Shown: positions 33,984 through 46,159, numbered from the stretch's first letter. The stretch: DNA of 51,390 nucleotides from Bradyrhizobium sp. (GCF_049798375.1 NZ_JBARGP010000694.1:1-51390); one strand, 5' to 3'. A program made the numbers and translations. The notes: generated from the letters alone by a model not told the origin.

Positions 33984-34411
33984 CCAGGAAGAATCCCGGG
34001 CGCAACGAACTGCAGCGCATTTCCGACGCCTTCGACGAGGACATTTTGAATGCCTCGCCGACACAATTGCAGGCGCTTCTGGCCGAAGAAGGTTTGGACG
34101 AGGCCAAGGTCGTTGCGGAATTGGATGCCATCCTCGATGAGGCGAAGAGATCGTGCGGAAAGGCCAAGCTCGATCAGGCGAGGACTGCGATAGCTGCCCG
34201 CGGGTCAGAGCCTTCCAACGCTTCCCGGATCGACAGGGAGCGGGTGCGAGGCAAACTCGGAGCCATGCGCTCCGGCGCCGGCGAAAACATGGAAGGCATG
34301 ATGATGGCGGCTCGCCAGGGAAAGAAGCTTTCGGCGCGCGACGAAGAAGGCGCATTGGACGATCTGGCCCAACTGGAAGCGCTGGAAAACGAAGGCGATC
34401 TAGAGGAATGA
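33980..34411 (+). CDS. Small helical acidic protein (candidate anti-sigma factor or protease substrate)
   Basis: ATGA overlaps with both neighbours; no TM segment; function inferred from position only. Confidence 0.65.
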   Translation: MTRKNPGRNELQRISDAFDEDILNASPTQLQALLAEEGLDEAKVVAELDAILDEAKRSCGKAKLDQARTAIAARGSEPSNASRIDRERVRGKLGAMRSGAGENMEGMMMAARQGKKLSARDEEGALDDLAQLEALENEGDLEE

Positions 34412-35172
34412 CCGCAATCACCGCCGCGGAACGCACCTTGATCGACCTTGGAATATCGGAGCCGAAGGACATCGATCTCGACGCGATCGCGTGGATCAAG
34501 GGCGCGGCGGTGAACTACCGCCCGATGGACGGATGCGAAGCGAGGATCATCGGTACGAAGCGCAAAGCCGTCATCTCGGTGAACAGTCTCAGCATGCCCG
34601 AGAGGAGGCGCTTCTCCCTGGCTCACGAATTGGGCCACTGGCACCATCATCGCGGCCGCATTCTCTTCTGCGGGAAGGACGAAGTCTGCAACTTCCGCGA
34701 CGACGCCCTCAATCCCGAGCGTCAAGCCGACGATTTCGCCTCCGATCTCATTCTGCCGGACTTCATGGTCGTTCCGCGCGTGCGCAAGATGAGGCGACCC
34801 ACATTGTCTGCCGTTCGCGAACTCGCCCACGAGTTTCGCGTGAGCGACACGGCGACGGCCGTCAAGATCGCGTGCCTGAATCGGTTTCCAATGATCGTGG
34901 TCTGTCACGGCAGGACGCGTCGGCGCTGGTTCAGGCGCTCGAAAATGGTCCAGAACTGGTGGTTCCCTTCCGACACGCTCGACCGAGAAAGCTATGCAGG
35001 TCACATGCTGTTCGACGGAGAGGCCGAGCAGAACTTTCCGAGGAAAACGCCCGCCGAGGCCTGGTTCAGCTTCAAGGGATGCGACCGCTCGGAGGTCGAG
35101 GAGCAGTCTTTTCTGCTGCCGAACGACGAGATCCTGACGATCCTCACGCTACCCGACGAAGCCGTCGCTTGA
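34408..35172 (+). CDS. ImmA/IrrE-family metallopeptidase (DUF955)
   Basis: RRRFSLAHELGH (HExxH), ERQADDFASDLILP, HTH-like LAHEFRVS and a C-terminal extension. Confidence 0.9.
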   Translation: MTAITAAERTLIDLGISEPKDIDLDAIAWIKGAAVNYRPMDGCEARIIGTKRKAVISVNSLSMPERRRFSLAHELGHWHHHRGRILFCGKDEVCNFRDDALNPERQADDFASDLILPDFMVVPRVRKMRRPTLSAVRELAHEFRVSDTATAVKIACLNRFPMIVVCHGRTRRRWFRRSKMVQNWWFPSDTLDRESYAGHMLFDGEAEQNFPRKTPAEAWFSFKGCDRSEVEEQSFLLPNDEILTILTLPDEAVA

Positions 35173-35253
35173 AGCGCGTCCGTCATCGCCACGAAATGCG
35201 ACGAAACAGCCGCCCTCTCGGCAAGCCGGGCCTCCCGTTCGCGGGCGGTGGTC

Positions 35254-36750
35254 TCAGATCTCGCGCTTCTGCTGCTCGCGCCAGGCGCGGTCGCGCCGGA
35301 CGGCCTCCTGGTCGCGGCCCCGTTTGCGTCCCGAACGCGGCGCCTGTCGCACGACGCCGGGACCGGCGGAGACGGTGGTCCGTACCGTCACGTTCTTGAG
35401 CCCGCGCATCTTGCTCGTCGCCGTGACGCCTTCCGCCCGGGCGGCCTGGAGCAGATTGTAGACATCTTCGCCGCGGATCGTGGTGCCCGGGTCAGCCATG
35501 ATAATAGTGTCGAGCTTGATCGGGGCTTTCTCCACGTCCTCGTCGCTGGCGCCGGACCGGCCCTTCGCGACGAGTTCCTCGAGCATCGACTCGTGAAATA
35601 CCTCGCTCATTCCCGCGCCGCCGGCCAGCCGCCTATGGACCTTTCCGGGATGATCACGCATGAACTGCAGAAAGCCCGCGTCCGCTTCGGACAGCGGCAG
35701 ATGATAGTCGTTGTAGCGCACGAATGGCCTGCCATCGACGTACATTTGGAAATGCCAGTGGGGAACCCGGGAGTGCTCCCCGCCGCCCTCGTGCCCGGCG
35801 AGATCGCCCTCGCCGCACGAGAATGACCACTCCAGGTTCTTGTATTTGACCGTCAGCTCAAGCAGCTTTCCCGTGCCCTCGTCCGCGAGATCGTTGATGT
35901 TCTGGGCGAAGGCTTCCTCGTTCGCGACCCAGCGAACGTAGTTCTCCAGCAGGCTCCAACTCATATCGGTCGCCAGCCGCTCGATATGCTCTTTACGGAC
36001 GCCATCCGGCTTGAGGAGCCAGTGACGACAGGGCTTGCCGGCGAGGTCGTCGATGTTGGCAGCGCGCTGTAGTTTGGGATCGATCGCTGTCAGCAGGGCG
36101 AGATCCGGCGCAAGTGGAAGGAAGCGAACGAGTCCTTGAGAGAAGGGCCGGCGCGGAAGTACGGAAGACGGGTTATCGCTTGTGATGAACGCCGCCTCGG
36201 TATCGTTGCGAATGATCACCCAGTCCTGCTGGTATAAAAGAAATGTCGTTTGTGTGAGCTGCTGCGTCAGCATCGCCTTGATATCGAGCAGATCGGAGTT
36301 CGGCTGGATTTTTCCCTTTGCGAGCGCGTCTTCCACGAACTCCTGATACTCGGGCTTTTCCTTGGCGAGATGACGTGCCGCGAGTGGAATGAAGTCGGCG
36401 ATTTGCTTGTTCGCGACCTGCACTGCGTTGCGATGCCATGACGGCGTGCAGGTCGTAAGCAAGGCCCAGTATCCTGCGATAGCGAACCGGTCGTCGATCG
36501 ACATCTGGCTGACGCGAGCTGCAGAGACTGCCGGCCTCCATTGAGGTTCGAAGATTTTCCGAAAATCACCCATCAGTCGCGGATTGTCCCCGAAGCGAGG
36601 GTTTACGTCCCAATCCCACTCCCGGCAGACATTATCTGTAGCGCATGGAAATTCCTTACCGGTCCGCTTGCCGTAACCCCGCATCTTATCGGTGGCCGGG
36701 TTTACCCATTGCCGGAGATAGGTTTGGGCGACGAAATGATCCTTTGCCAT
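35254..36750 (-). CDS. DUF4238-like protein with an additional C-terminal domain
   Basis: DHFVAQTYLRQW, FITSDNP, FLPLAPDLALL signature motifs, followed by ~230 aa of a different character. Confidence 0.75.
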   Translation of the reverse strand: MAKDHFVAQTYLRQWVNPATDKMRGYGKRTGKEFPCATDNVCREWDWDVNPRFGDNPRLMGDFRKIFEPQWRPAVSAARVSQMSIDDRFAIAGYWALLTTCTPSWHRNAVQVANKQIADFIPLAARHLAKEKPEYQEFVEDALAKGKIQPNSDLLDIKAMLTQQLTQTTFLLYQQDWVIIRNDTEAAFITSDNPSSVLPRRPFSQGLVRFLPLAPDLALLTAIDPKLQRAANIDDLAGKPCRHWLLKPDGVRKEHIERLATDMSWSLLENYVRWVANEEAFAQNINDLADEGTGKLLELTVKYKNLEWSFSCGEGDLAGHEGGGEHSRVPHWHFQMYVDGRPFVRYNDYHLPLSEADAGFLQFMRDHPGKVHRRLAGGAGMSEVFHESMLEELVAKGRSGASDEDVEKAPIKLDTIIMADPGTTIRGEDVYNLLQAARAEGVTATSKMRGLKNVTVRTTVSAGPGVVRQAPRSGRKRGRDQEAVRRDRAWREQQKREI

Positions 36751-37092
36751 TGAACTCGCTTCGCGGGGTCACGGGAAAATATTTTCTAGAAAACCAACTT
36801 AGAACGCCTGCAGTCTTTGAGCCTAGGATCGAGCCGCTCCATTCGCACCGCTGCGAAACTCTATGACACGGGAGTGGCCGATCAGCCCAGCGGCTAAGGC
36901 CGCTCGGGATGTGGCCCAGAGGGTTGGGCTCCGGATCGTTCTTGCAGGAATTCGGCTTCCGCAATCGTTGCAATGGTGGCAAATTGGGATGAATTGAACG
37001 ATCCGCGGTTCTCCACCGTGGTTCTCCCCCACCGAATCCGGGGGCTCTCGGCGCCCCTTGTTTTACCGGGGTTTTCGCGCGTAGCGGTCAGA

Positions 37093-37112
37093 TGGCGGAG
37101 AGGGAGGGATTC
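37093..37112 (-). mobile_element. att-like site: duplicated 3' end of a tRNA (Ser-like), including CCA
   Basis: Minus strand GAATCCCTCCCTCTCCGCCA is a T-arm 3' half plus acceptor stem plus CCA; the rest of the tRNA is absent. Confidence 0.7.
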
Positions 37113-37175
37113 TCGGACCGATTTAAGCCTATCCGCCAATTACCTCGATAAAACAACGCGAGCCGGCGGGCTACG

Positions 37176-37208
37176 GACTACACTGGCGACTACACTGTGG
37201 ACTACTGC
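37176..37208 (+). repeat. Three direct repeats at 12-bp period (GACTACACTG x2, GACTACTG), resembling integrase arm-type sites
   Basis: Units start at 37176, 37188 and 37200, about 65 bp from the tRNA-end core. Confidence 0.6.
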
Positions 37209-37374
37209 AATGATCAGCACCGCAGACTCGCGCAGTTGTCTGCCGCGGTCAACGCCCTAGGGGCCGGCCACCCTGGAAACTTGATTCAAAGTTGACGCGG
37301 TGTTGCCGGCCGGTGCTCCAAAGCAGAAAGTCTCGCCCAGCCTGATTCTGCGCGCTGTTTGAACCCTCGTATTG

Positions 37375-37525
37375 CGCCGCAGCCAGCCCCCGATCGCCGC
37401 GATGTGTGCCTCGAGCTTGGAGGGCATGCGAACCCTGGTTTTAGGGACGGCGAGCTCGCCGGGTGCGTGGCAGGCGGCTAGGCCGGCCGTCACCGTCTTG
37501 CCGAGCATTTTCGCGAAGATGGCCT
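37375..37525 (-). mobile_element. Relic of a transposase/integrase C-terminus
   Basis: FAKMLGKTVTAG...KTRVRMPSKLEAHIAAIGGWL; homologous to 49310-49460. Confidence 0.55.
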
Positions 37526-37751
37526 CGAATTGCAGCTCGACAATGAACTTGCATAAGGGTGCCTCGATGGAGCGAAGACGGTCGGCAAAATTGTCCAAAT
37601 GCCGTGCACTTCATCCTCGCCGAAGACGATAGTCACCGCCATGGAGGAAGTTGAAGGGCGCGGTCGAGGATGAGCTACGGCGCGTTCTCGATGCTTAAGG
37701 CACGGCCCCGCCTCCTTGATATAGCCGACCTATTCATGAGTTGGTAGCACT

Positions 37752-37967
37752 TCAATCGGTTACGGCAGTCCAAGAGTTTCTGTCAGGAGTTTCACCGAAC
37801 CGGGGGCGCAAACCGGGCAAGCTGAGCAAGCTTTTGTCGGGAGCTCCGCGAACCGCCTGAACCGTTGTCAATCCATGCGCCTCAAGAACGCGCGTGACGC
37901 GCGTAGGCAGGTCCAGCCTGGCAACTAGCGTAGCGCCCGCCAAATCCGGCCGGGGCGTAAGCAGCAC
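37752..37967 (-). CDS. Stand-alone RNA polymerase alpha-CTD-like (HhH) small protein, probably frameshifted near the 3' end
   Basis: LDLPTRVTRVLEAHGLTTVQAVR...LLSLPGL; the alternate frame continues PGSVKLLTETLGLP*. Confidence 0.55.
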   Translation of the reverse strand: MLLTPRPDLAGATLVARLDLPTRVTRVLEAHGLTTVQAVRGAPDKSLLSLPGLRPRFGETPDRNSWTAVTD

Positions 37968-38034
37968 TCATTCACATTTTCTTCCATCGAAGGGCTACCG
38001 CGTTGCGCCCAACAACGGACCAGTCTCAGCACCG

Positions 38035-38724
38035 CTAATCTGGAGCTCGGAGTCGATAACCGATTCCGGTCTCCGTCAGAACAAATTGGGGCCGTTCAGG
38101 GTCAATTTCGATTTTTTGGCGAAGCTGGCGCACATAGACGCGCAAGTATTGCGCATCTGTCAGTTCGCCCCAGAGCTCGTTGAGCAGAACTCTGTGGGTG
38201 AGCACTTTACCGGCGTGCTGCACCAGCAATCGCAACAGATCGTACTCCTTCGGGGAGAGCTTCACGTCCCGTTCACCGACCTTAACCATACGACGTACGA
38301 GATCGACAGAGAGATCGCCGGTGCGGAACACCGGGCGCTCGCCTTTGACCTGCAGCTGATGGCGCAGCGCGGCACGCATGCGTGCCAACAGTTCGTCCAT
38401 CCCGAATGGCTTTGTGAGGTAATCGTCGGCGCCGAGATCGAGCGCCTGCACTTTGCCGGCCTCGTCGCCGCGGCTCGACAACACGACAATCGGTACGCTC
38501 TCGTTGCGGCCGCGGATGCTGCGTAGCAGCTCGTGCCCCTGGATGTCCGGCAGGCCGAGGTCGAGGATAATCAGCGCCGGATTCTCCGTGAGCTTCTCCA
38601 GTGCGATCTTTCCGCTGGGCGCTTCCAGGATCTCATAGCCTTGCGTCGAGAGGCCCATCCGAAGCAGCTTTCGGATTGGCGGCTCGTCGTCGATGACCAG
38701 GACTTTGATCGGAGGAGCGCTCAT
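38035..38724 (-). CDS. kdpE: KDP operon response regulator
   Basis: OmpR-type REC plus winged helix, LDLGLPD, YLRVYVRQLRQKIE; overlaps the kdpD stop. Confidence 0.95.
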   Translation of the reverse strand: MSAPPIKVLVIDDEPPIRKLLRMGLSTQGYEILEAPSGKIALEKLTENPALIILDLGLPDIQGHELLRSIRGRNESVPIVVLSSRGDEAGKVQALDLGADDYLTKPFGMDELLARMRAALRHQLQVKGERPVFRTGDLSVDLVRRMVKVGERDVKLSPKEYDLLRLLVQHAGKVLTHRVLLNELWGELTDAQYLRVYVRQLRQKIEIDPERPQFVLTETGIGYRLRAPD

Positions 38725-41444
38725 GCGGCGGTGTCCAGTGCGTGAGTGTCAGTCGGAACGGGTAAACGAATGGTCAGCACCGCTCCGCTGCGATCACTGC
38801 GGTTGGCGGCCGAGATCGTGCCTCGCATCGCTTCGACGAAGCCGCGGGAGATCGCCAGCCCGAGTCCCGTGCCGGGACGGACGTGGTCGCCCTTCTGAGC
38901 GCGATAGAACTTGTCGAACACGGTCTCGAGCTCGTTGGCCGGAATACCCTCACCTTCATCGGCGACCTCCAGGACGACCTGGTTCTTGTCGAGCCGGCCC
39001 CGGACAAAGATCGAGCTGTCTGGCGGAGAGTATTTTGCGGCGTTGTCGAGCAGGTTGAAGAGCACCTGCTCGAACAGCACGGCGTCCAGCTCGAGCATCG
39101 GCAGGTCCGCGGCGAGCTCAAGCTCGATGTTGTGGTGGGCAAGGATCTTGCTGGCGCGGCGGAGCGCGCTGCCGACGATCTCGCCGAGATCGTGCAGCGC
39201 GGTTTTCGGGACAATGGCGCCGGACTCGAGCTTGGTCATGTCCAGGAGATTGGCGATGAAACGGTTGAGCCTCTCGGACTCGTCGATCACAGTGACAAGC
39301 AGGTCGCGCTTCTCGGTGTCCGACAGCGCGCCGGCGAGATCGCGCATGGTCGAGGCCGCACCCAGCACAGAAGCGAGCGGCGTCTTCAGATCATGCGAGA
39401 TCGAGGTCAAGAGCGCGGAGCGCAGCCGCTCGGATTCGACGGTGCGCTTGACGCGGTCCATGTCCTCGACCAGCAGCACGCGTTCGATCGCGAGCGCCCC
39501 CTGATCGACCAGCGCGTCGAGCAGCCGGCGCTGATCCGGCGTCAGCAGCGGACCGGTGCGGTCGTTGTCGATACCGATGACGCCGATCGGGCCGCGCCCG
39601 GTGCGCATCGGCAGGAACAGCCGCTTGGCGCCGGGCAGCGTGTCGGCGCCGCGGCCGGCAGGACGGTCGTTGCTCCAAGCCCAGTTGGCGGCGGCAAGGT
39701 CGGCCTGGTCGAGCTGGTCTTCGGGCGGATAGCCCGACTTGACGGTGAGCAGCCCGTCGTCCGGCAGCAGCAGCACCACCCGGACCTTCAGCATCAGCGC
39801 AGTCTGATAAGCGGTGGCCCACAGCACGTCGTCGAGCGTGGCGGTGCCGGCGAGCTTCCTGCTGAAGGCGTAGAGCTGCTCCGTCATCCGGATGCGGCCG
39901 ATCGCGGTATCGGCCTGGCGGCGCACGCGCGCCGCGACATTGGACACCAGCATCGCGATCACCATGAACAGGATGAACGCCGCGACGTTGGTCGGATCGG
40001 TGATCGTGAAGGTGTAGATCGGCGGCATGAAGAAGAAATTGTAACAGAGCGACGCCGCCACCGTGGCCAGCAGCGAAGGCCACAGTCCGTAGCGCACCGC
40101 AACCGCCACGACCGAGGTCAAAAGCATGAGATCAACGTTCTCGATGCCGAAGTAGGGCTGTATCAGCTCTGCCGCGCCCAAGCCCACCAGTACAATGCCG
40201 AGCGCCTTCAAATAGGACCGCGGGTCGAACGGCTCGGTGCGCGCCGCCGTCTGCACCAAAGTCTTCGGCGCAAGCTCGCCCGCCAGTTCTTCGCCAGCGA
40301 TGACATGGACGGTGATGTTGCCTGAGCGGCGCACGAGGTCGTGAACGACCGAGCCGCGGGTCAGTTCGAACCAGAGCAAGCGTGTCGACTTGCCGATCAC
40401 GATCTGCGTGACGTTGTTGGCTTGCGCGAAGCCAACGACATCATCAGCAATCCGGCGGCCGACGCCGGGAATGGTCAGCGCCTCGCCGCCGAGCGATTCG
40501 GCGAGCCGCAGGGTGTCGGCGAGCCGGTCTCGCTCCTCGTCGGAGAGCTGCAGGGTGCGCCGCGTCTCGATTGAGATCGCGGTGAACGGCGCGTGCAGCC
40601 GGTCGGCGAGGCGCTTGGTGTAGCGCACGAGGCCTGCTGCCCGCGGATCCTCGCTGACGCAGACCAGGATGCGCTCGCCCGCGGCCCAGGGACCGGCGAT
40701 AGCGTTGGCCTGCATGTGGGTGAGGAGCTGCTCGTCAACCCGCTCGGCCGTGCGCCGCAACGCCAGTTCGCGGAGCGCCGTGAGATTGCCCGGGGAGAAA
40801 TAGTGCTCCAGCGCGCGCTCGGCCTGCTTTGGCACATAGACCTTACCCTCCCTCAGCCGCTGGATGAGGTCGTCGGGCGTGAGGTCGATCAGTTCGATCG
40901 CGTCGGCGCGGTCGAAGACCGAATCCGGCACCGTCTCGCGCACCCGCACATGCGTGATCTGGGCGACAACGTCGTTGAGGCTCTCGATATGCTGGATGTT
41001 GACGGCGGTATAGACATCGATGCCGTGGGACAGGAGCTCCTCGAGGTCGAGATAGCGCTTGGGATGGCGGCTGCCGGGCGCATTGGTATGGGCGAGCTCG
41101 TCGACGAGGGCGATCTGCGGCCGGCGCGCGATCAGCGCATCGAGATCCATCTCGTCCAGGAAGTGGCCACGGTATTCGAGCCGCTTGCGCGGGATCACCT
41201 CAAGCCCGTGCAACAGCGCTTCGGTCTCGGCGCGGCCGTGGGTCTCGATCACGCCCACGACAACGTCGACTCCGGCCTTGCGTTTGGCGTGGGCGCTTTG
41301 CAGCATCTCGTAGGTCTTGCCGACGCCGGGAGCGGCGCCAACGAAGATCTTGAGCTTGCCAGCCGCGCCGTCCTCGCGCCGGGCGGCCTCCAGCAGCGCC
41401 TCAGGCGACGGTCGTTGTTCGGGATCGCGGCGCTCTCGGACCAT
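38721..41444 (-). CDS. kdpD: K+-sensing histidine kinase
   Basis: GAAPGVGKTY, DELAHTN, USP, four TM helices, GAF, SHDLKTP. Confidence 0.97.
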   Translation of the reverse strand: MVRERRDPEQRPSPEALLEAARREDGAAGKLKIFVGAAPGVGKTYEMLQSAHAKRKAGVDVVVGVIETHGRAETEALLHGLEVIPRKRLEYRGHFLDEMDLDALIARRPQIALVDELAHTNAPGSRHPKRYLDLEELLSHGIDVYTAVNIQHIESLNDVVAQITHVRVRETVPDSVFDRADAIELIDLTPDDLIQRLREGKVYVPKQAERALEHYFSPGNLTALRELALRRTAERVDEQLLTHMQANAIAGPWAAGERILVCVSEDPRAAGLVRYTKRLADRLHAPFTAISIETRRTLQLSDEERDRLADTLRLAESLGGEALTIPGVGRRIADDVVGFAQANNVTQIVIGKSTRLLWFELTRGSVVHDLVRRSGNITVHVIAGEELAGELAPKTLVQTAARTEPFDPRSYLKALGIVLVGLGAAELIQPYFGIENVDLMLLTSVVAVAVRYGLWPSLLATVAASLCYNFFFMPPIYTFTITDPTNVAAFILFMVIAMLVSNVAARVRRQADTAIGRIRMTEQLYAFSRKLAGTATLDDVLWATAYQTALMLKVRVVLLLPDDGLLTVKSGYPPEDQLDQADLAAANWAWSNDRPAGRGADTLPGAKRLFLPMRTGRGPIGVIGIDNDRTGPLLTPDQRRLLDALVDQGALAIERVLLVEDMDRVKRTVESERLRSALLTSISHDLKTPLASVLGAASTMRDLAGALSDTEKRDLLVTVIDESERLNRFIANLLDMTKLESGAIVPKTALHDLGEIVGSALRRASKILAHHNIELELAADLPMLELDAVLFEQVLFNLLDNAAKYSPPDSSIFVRGRLDKNQVVLEVADEGEGIPANELETVFDKFYRAQKGDHVRPGTGLGLAISRGFVEAMRGTISAANRSDRSGAVLTIRLPVPTDTHALDTAA

Positions 41445-41489
41445 CAGAGCATTATAGACATCCAGCCGACGTGGGCCTAGCCGCGACCA

Positions 41490-42092
41490 TTACTTGGCCG
41501 CGCCGTCGAGCGCGACGTTGAGAGCCAGCACGTTGACCCGAGGCTCGCCGAGGAGGCCGAGCAGCCGGCCCTCAGTGTTCGCGGCCACAAGCCGCTTCAA
41601 GGAATCCTCGGACATATTCCGCGCCTTGGCCACCCGCGGCACCTGGAATTGTGCCGCCTCCGGTGAGATGTTCGGGTCGAGGCCGCTGCCGGAGGTGGTG
41701 ACCAGGTCGACCGGCACCGGCTGGTTCGGGTTCTCCGCCTTCAGCTTGTCCACATCTTCCTTGACCCGGTCGGCCAAGGGCTTGCTGGTCGGGCCAAGGT
41801 TGGAGCCGCCCGAATTGGCGGCGTTGTAGGGCGCGGAGACCATCTTGGTCGAATCATTCGGGTCCGGCGCCACCGTCGCCGAGGGGCGACCGTGGAAATA
41901 TTTGTCGTCCTTGAACTCCTGGCCGATCAGGGCCGAGCCGATGACCTTGCCATCCCTCTCAATCAGGCTGCCTTGCGCCTGCTTCGGAAACAGCACGCCG
42001 GCGATGCCGGTCATCCCGAGCGGATAGGCCAGTCCCGTGATGACGGTGAGCGCCACGAGCAGGACAAGGGCGGGGCGAATTTCTCTTAACAT
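41490..42092 (-). CDS. kdpC: K+-transporting ATPase subunit C
   Basis: [38 protein letters not shown]. Confidence 0.97.
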   Translation of the reverse strand: MLREIRPALVLLVALTVITGLAYPLGMTGIAGVLFPKQAQGSLIERDGKVIGSALIGQEFKDDKYFHGRPSATVAPDPNDSTKMVSAPYNAANSGGSNLGPTSKPLADRVKEDVDKLKAENPNQPVPVDLVTTSGSGLDPNISPEAAQFQVPRVAKARNMSEDSLKRLVAANTEGRLLGLLGEPRVNVLALNVALDGAAK

Positions 42093-42102
42093 GACAGGCT
42101 CC

Positions 42103-44220
<2,118 letters not shown>

Positions 44221-44242
44221 GGAGATCACTCCAAAAGCGGGA

Positions 44243-45946
44243 TCAGAAAACGTTGCCGGCGTTCATCGCGAGATGCTCGACGATGGGGCCGAGCGCGAGC
44301 GCCGGGAAGAAGGTCAGGCCGCCGATGATCAGGATGACGCCGACGACGAGGCCGACGAACAGCCCGCCCGTGGTCGGGAACGTGCCCATCGAGGGCGGGA
44401 TCGATTTCTTGCCCGCCAGCGAACCGGCAATCGCCATTGCCGGGATGATCATGAAGAAGCGGCCGACGAACATCGCGACACCGCCAGTGATGTTGTAGAA
44501 GGGCGTATTGCCAGTCAGACCTGCAAAGGCCGAACCGTTGTTGCCGGTCTGCGAGGTGTAGGCATAGAGCACTTCGGAGAAGCCGTGCGGGCCGGCATTG
44601 GCCATCGAGGCCACAGCGGAGGGAAGCACCACCGCGACCGCGGTCCAGCCTAGGATCATCAGCGGCAGGATGAGAATGGCGAGCATCGCCATCTTGACCT
44701 CGCGCGCCTCGATCTTCTTGCCGACATATTCCGGCGTGCGGCCGACCATCAGGCCTGCGACGAAGATCGCGAGGATGACGAACAGCAGGATGCCATACAT
44801 GCCGGCGCCGACGCCGCCGACAACGATCTCGCCGAGTTCTATATTGATCAGCGGGATCATGCCGCCGAGCGCAGTGAAGCTGTCATGCATGGCGTTGACC
44901 GCGCCGCAGGAGGCGGCCGTGGTGATCACGGCGAACAGCGAGGACGCGACGATGCCGAAGCGGACTTCCTTGCCTTCCATATTGCCGCCGGTCAGGCCCA
45001 GCGCGCTGAGCGTGTTGGTGCCGCTGGCTTCTGCCCAGTAGGTGACGGCGACGCCGGCGATGAACAGCACGCCCATGACGGCGAGGATGGCCCAGCCCTG
45101 GCGCTGGTTACCGACCATGCGACCGAACACGTTAGTGAGGGCAGCGCCGAGCACGAAGATCGATAGCATCTGGACGAAATTCGACAGCGCGGTCGGGTTC
45201 TCGAAGGGATGGGCGGCGTTGGCGTTGAAGAAGCCGCCGCCGTTTGTGCCGAGCATCTTGATCGCGACCTGGGAGGCGACAGGGCCGACCGCGATTGTCT
45301 GCTTGGCGCCTTCGAGCGTGGCCGCTTCAACGTAGTCCCCAAGCGTCTGCGGCATGCCCTGCCAGACCAGGAACAGCGTGTAGATGATGCAGATCGGCAG
45401 GAGGACGTAGAGCGTGCAGCGGGTCACGTCGACCCAGAAATTGCCGACGGTGCGCATCGAGGCGCGCGCGAAGCCACGGATCAGTGCCACCGCCAGGACG
45501 ATGCCGGTCGCCGCCGACAGGAAATTCTGGTGTGTCAACCCGACCATCTGAACCAGGTAAGACAGCGTACTCTCGCCGCCGTAGTTCTGCCAGTTGGTGT
45601 TGGTGATGAAGGAGATCGCGGTGTTGAACGAGAGATCCTCGGCGACCGCGGACTGACCGGCCGGGTTGAACGGCAGCACGGCTTGCAGCCGCATCAGCCC
45701 ATAGATGATCAGGAAGCCGCCGACATGGAACAAGAGCATGGCGATCGTATAGGTCAGCCAATGCTGTTCGCGCCTCTCGTCAACGCCGGATATCCAATAG
45801 ATCCCGGCCTCGACCGGGCGCAGCACCGGCGACAGGAAGGTGCGCTCGCCAGTAAAGACGCGCGTCATGTAGCCGCCGACCGGCTTTGTCAGCGCGACGA
45901 TGATGGCGCAATAGAGGATGATCTGGAGCCAACCGATCACGGTCAT
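44243..45946 (-). CDS. kdpA: K+-transporting ATPase subunit A
   Basis: [27 protein letters not shown] filter motifs. Confidence 0.97.
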   Translation of the reverse strand: MTVIGWLQIILYCAIIVALTKPVGGYMTRVFTGERTFLSPVLRPVEAGIYWISGVDERREQHWLTYTIAMLLFHVGGFLIIYGLMRLQAVLPFNPAGQSAVAEDLSFNTAISFITNTNWQNYGGESTLSYLVQMVGLTHQNFLSAATGIVLAVALIRGFARASMRTVGNFWVDVTRCTLYVLLPICIIYTLFLVWQGMPQTLGDYVEAATLEGAKQTIAVGPVASQVAIKMLGTNGGGFFNANAAHPFENPTALSNFVQMLSIFVLGAALTNVFGRMVGNQRQGWAILAVMGVLFIAGVAVTYWAEASGTNTLSALGLTGGNMEGKEVRFGIVASSLFAVITTAASCGAVNAMHDSFTALGGMIPLINIELGEIVVGGVGAGMYGILLFVILAIFVAGLMVGRTPEYVGKKIEAREVKMAMLAILILPLMILGWTAVAVVLPSAVASMANAGPHGFSEVLYAYTSQTGNNGSAFAGLTGNTPFYNITGGVAMFVGRFFMIIPAMAIAGSLAGKKSIPPSMGTFPTTGGLFVGLVVGVILIIGGLTFFPALALGPIVEHLAMNAGNVF

Positions 45947-45963
45947 GGTCTATGTCCTTGGCA

Positions 45964-46068
45964 TCAAGCTTTGATGAACTGTCTTGAGCGCAACAGCGCA
46001 AAAAGCAAAGCAAGCAGGAGGACGACGAGAATGACATCCGCCAGAAGCAGCTTCAGGAGAACGAGCAC
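45964..46068 (-). CDS. Putative 34-aa single-TM peptide between kdpF and kdpA (not in ORF track)
   Basis: GTG 1 nt after the kdpF stop; MLVLLKLLLADVILVVLLLALLFALLRSRQFIKA*. Confidence 0.5.
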   Translation of the reverse strand: MLVLLKLLLADVILVVLLLALLFALLRSRQFIKA

Positions 46069-46069
46069 G

Positions 46070-46159
46070 TCAGAAGCGCTCGGGCCGCAGCAGCGCGTAG
46101 GTCAGATAGATGAGCAGGCCGAACGAGACGGCGCCAGCAAGCGTATAGTCGAAAATCAT
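46070..46159 (-). CDS. kdpF: K+-transporting ATPase subunit F (not in ORF track)
   Basis: MIFDYTLAGAVSFGLLIYLTYALLRPERF*; RBS GGGAG. Confidence 0.93.
   Translation of the reverse strand: MIFDYTLAGAVSFGLLIYLTYALLRPERF

Noticed and set aside
36791..36805. LexA-like AAAC-N7-GAAC upstream of the DUF4238 gene
   Set aside because: One mismatch in an AT-rich stretch; could easily be chance.
37093..37112. Full tRNA gene
   Set aside because: Only the last 20 nt match; the adjacent sequence does not continue a cloverleaf.
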